From a virus (taxonomy: Duplodnaviria; Caudoviricetes), in IMG/VR virus record IMGVR_UViG_3300031996_000001, positions 1-64,000 of that record: a stretch of DNA of 64,000 nucleotides; one strand, written 5' to 3'. The notes under the pieces were generated by a model. It did no database searches, was not told the DNA's origin, and saw nothing but the letters and a program-made list of their open reading frames with translations. How positions within the stretch are numbered: position 1 is the first letter of the stretch; each line of letters starts with the position of its first letter. Positions 61,883-64,000 of this stretch are shown here, one piece after another. The position numbers and the translations under genes were made by a program.

Positions 61883-62972
61883 CCTCGGGAGGCTCGGAGG
61901 TCAGACACGTCGCGTTCCAGGCGCCGGTGCCCAGCGGCAGCGTCGTCTGCTGCAGCAGGTAGGTCTTCAGGTGGTTGCCGTCGGGGTCGGAGGTGGCCAC
62001 CGGGTCCCCAGCCTCCAGCAGCGGCAGCGGTCCGGCCGACAGCGTCATGGTCGCCTTGTAGGCCAGGCTCTCGGCCAGCAGCCGCTGCGCGTAGGCGACG
62101 CACTGCGCGTCCTGCGTGAAGAACTGGGACGAGTAGAAGCCGGTGATCTTCCCGAATCCGGTCGCGCTGTAGTAGGTCGGCGAGGTCGGGTCGTTGTCGC
62201 TGGCGAAGCCCCAGCACGGCGGGACGTTCGCGTCGGCGGACTGGCCCGAGACCGACCAGGCGTTGTAGACCCCGTCGCGGCTCTCGCCGTAGGACTCCTC
62301 GATCAGCACACCGGCCGGACCGGCGACGACGGAGAAGACCGGCACCAGGTTGGTCAGGTCCGGGGCGTCCACGATGTACCAGCGGCCGTCGTAGCCGCAG
62401 AAGACCTCGGCGTGGATCGACTTGGCCAGCCCCGTGATGGTGTCCCACCGCTCCTTGTCCCAGGCGGCGGTGTCGGTGACCATCTTGTCGAGGGAGTTCA
62501 GCGCGACGATCTGCGCGTCCGGCACCGACTCCAGGATCAGGCTGGAGATCGTGTCAACCGTGCTCGCGCCGTAGGGCGGGGTGCGCGGCCGGATGAACCG
62601 GTCGTCAATGACCAGCTGCTCCAGGCCCTTCAGGGTGATCGCCAGCGAGCCCTTGTAGCCGTTGTCGTAGTCGTAGGCCAGGTACTCCCCGACCTGCACG
62701 GACTCCTTGATGCCGATCGAGGTGACGCCCATCCGGATCCGCACTCGGGTGCCGTCGATGGCCAGCTGCGTGCTGGCGATGTCCCACGAGTACATGGCCA
62801 GGGTCGCCGAGGCCGTGTAGCGGGTGTTGGAGCCCCGGTCGCAGGTGACCGTGCCGTCGACCACGGGGATGTCGGCGGCGACCACGACGCCGTCCCGGAC
62901 GATGTCCAGCTCGGTGAACATCGTCCGGGAGTAGGACATCGACTCCCGGAACAGCTTGCTGGTGGGGATCAC
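61875..62972 (-). CDS. Tail hub/baseplate protein (DUF5047-like)
   Basis: IPVVDGTVT.DRGS..R....R.RI.MG...VGEY...WDKERW.TI..LA...P.P.LEAGD. Confidence 0.78.
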   Translation of the reverse strand: MIPTSKLFRESMSYSRTMFTELDIVRDGVVVAADIPVVDGTVTCDRGSNTRYTASATLAMYSWDIASTQLAIDGTRVRIRMGVTSIGIKESVQVGEYLAYDYDNGYKGSLAITLKGLEQLVIDDRFIRPRTPPYGASTVDTISSLILESVPDAQIVALNSLDKMVTDTAAWDKERWDTITGLAKSIHAEVFCGYDGRWYIVDAPDLTNLVPVFSVVAGPAGVLIEESYGESRDGVYNAWSVSGQSADANVPPCWGFASDNDPTSPTYYSATGFGKITGFYSSQFFTQDAQCVAYAQRLLAESLAYKATMTLSAGPLPLLEAGDPVATSDPDGNHLKTYLLQQTTLPLGTGAWNATCLTSEPPEGA

Positions 62973-64000
62973 GGGGCCCCCGGCGCGACCAGCGCGGCGT
63001 CCAGCCAGTTGGTGCGGGCGGAGAAGATGTCCAGCCAGTTGACATAGCCCGCCTTGGCCATGCCCCAGGTGACGACCGTGGAGGCCTCGATCAGGCCGGT
63101 CGGCCGCTCGACCACGGTGAACGGCACGGTCCACAGCCGCTGCTGCTGGTTCTCCGCCCCGTCGCCCAGCGGGTCCTTCACCGTGTCCCCGACGGCCAGG
63201 TAGAGGTAGGGCTCCTGGTAGCGCGGGTCCGGGTTGCGGTAGAGCAGGATCCGGCCGGAGGCGAACAGCACCTCGGCCACCTCGGCGTCCGAGTCGGTGT
63301 AGGTCATCAGGGTCATCTGGCCGGTCGGCTTGCCCCGCACCTGGCTGACCGCGATCCGGTAGGCCTTGGAGAGCACGTCGTACTCGTTCTTGCGCGCCGG
63401 GAAGGTCAGGCTGCCGAACTTCTGCAGCTCGAACCACAGCGCCAGCTGCGGCGCCACCGGGTCGCTGAGCAGCACCGGCGCCTTGGCGGGCAGGCTGGCC
63501 GGAGCCGACAGGGTGAGGTTGGTCGACGTGGCGACCTTGCTGGGCCCGGAGAAGACCGACGGCGAGTTGTTCACCGTGCCCGTCCAGGCCATCGAGGCGT
63601 CGCCGGAGTTGTCCGCCCAGTGGCTGCCCGGCAGCATGTTCGCGGCCGGGTTCGCGGGCAGCACGGAGTCCCCGTCGAAGTAGGTCAGCCCGCCGCCGCT
63701 GGTCATCTCCGAGTTCAGGCAGACCATGATCGTGCTCAGGTGCCAGGACACAGCGAACTCGCGCTGGCTGGTCCCGTGCATGAAGGCCAGGCGGCAGTTG
63801 GCCGGGGCGCCCGCCGGGATGGTGATGACCCCGGAGAAGGTCAGCCACGACCCGCCCAGGCCGACCTGCGCGCCGATGATCTGGAACGGCGCCACCCAGG
63901 TCGCGTAGTCGGTGACCTGCGCGACCGAGGCCGAGGCGAACGCGGTGCCCGACCAGGCGTAGGTGGTGGCGCCGACCGCTGCGCTGCCGCCGTCGAAGTA
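62969..64000 (-). CDS. Distal tail/minor tail protein (5' end outside window)
   Basis: Open to window edge; WL.DP..P.L...VR..P.G..TL...LF.SGR.LL.R. Confidence 0.7.
   Translation of the reverse strand, partial: YFDGGSAAVGATTYAWSGTAFASASVAQVTDYATWVAPFQIIGAQVGLGGSWLTFSGVITIPAGAPANCRLAFMHGTSQREFAVSWHLSTIMVCLNSEMTSGGGLTYFDGDSVLPANPAANMLPGSHWADNSGDASMAWTGTVNNSPSVFSGPSKVATSTNLTLSAPASLPAKAPVLLSDPVAPQLALWFELQKFGSLTFPARKNEYDVLSKAYRIAVSQVRGKPTGQMTLMTYTDSDAEVAEVLFASGRILLYRNPDPRYQEPYLYLAVGDTVKDPLGDGAENQQQRLWTVPFTVVERPTGLIEASTVVTWGMAKAGYVNWLDIFSARTNWLDAALVAPGAP

Larger units (their letters stand above)
272..63044. repeat. Genome-wide dispersed box GTTGACA/TGTCAAC (about 90 copies by hand count; about 60 as exact GGTTGACA/TGTCAACC)
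   Basis: Seen directly, e.g. at 272, 881, 1028, 2566, 2974, 3398, 6863, 7238, 8659, 9306, 10020, 12245, 14435, 15767, 18590, 19899, 20627, 22457, 23383, 25831, 28917, 30209, 32827, 35773, 39078, 41894, 43174, 44718, 48309, 49617, 51938, 52888, 55842, 59777, 61487, 62552; both orientations, mostly inside CDS. Confidence 0.95.

Noticed and set aside
272-63044. Box as Chi/KOPS-type polar signal
   Set aside because: No consistent strand polarity relative to the origin candidate or to transcription

Overview
This window is most of the genome of a very high-GC (about 70%+ by eye) tailed actinobacteriophage. No integrase, portal, main capsid or tape-measure gene lies in the window; these are presumably outside it. 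Virion genes sit in several separate blocks: terminase/MuF/endolysin/minor tails at 1-6.7 kb, two large tail-fibre genes at 13.8-21 kb (one with a PhoD phosphoesterase domain), an orphan tail-like gene at 24.5 kb, and tail hub genes plus a probable capsid-pentamer gene at 60-64 kb. Replication genes include primase-polymerase, a DUF3987 helicase-like protein, a PD-(D/E)XK nuclease, an AAA ATPase, an SSB, a family A DNA polymerase, a RuvC-like resolvase and an SNF2 helicase. An inverted-iteron origin candidate lies at 40.7-41.0 kb. Other recognisable genes are thyX, dcd, pncA, lsr2, a HicA-like protein and tRNA-Trp. The standout feature is a layered cis-regulatory code. (1) The box GTTGACA occurs about 90 times by hand count, about 60 of them as exact GGTTGACA. 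It is written into coding sequences with otherwise rare codons and is stacked in 9-10 bp tandem repeats on the -35 region of about a dozen promoters. (2) About 20 genes appear to be leaderless, and eight of them start with (A/G)TGACGCAG. (3) That same sequence forms the loop of a 12-bp hairpin in a structured intergenic region between endolysin and terminase. All counts and protein-family calls were made by eye; no database searches were run.
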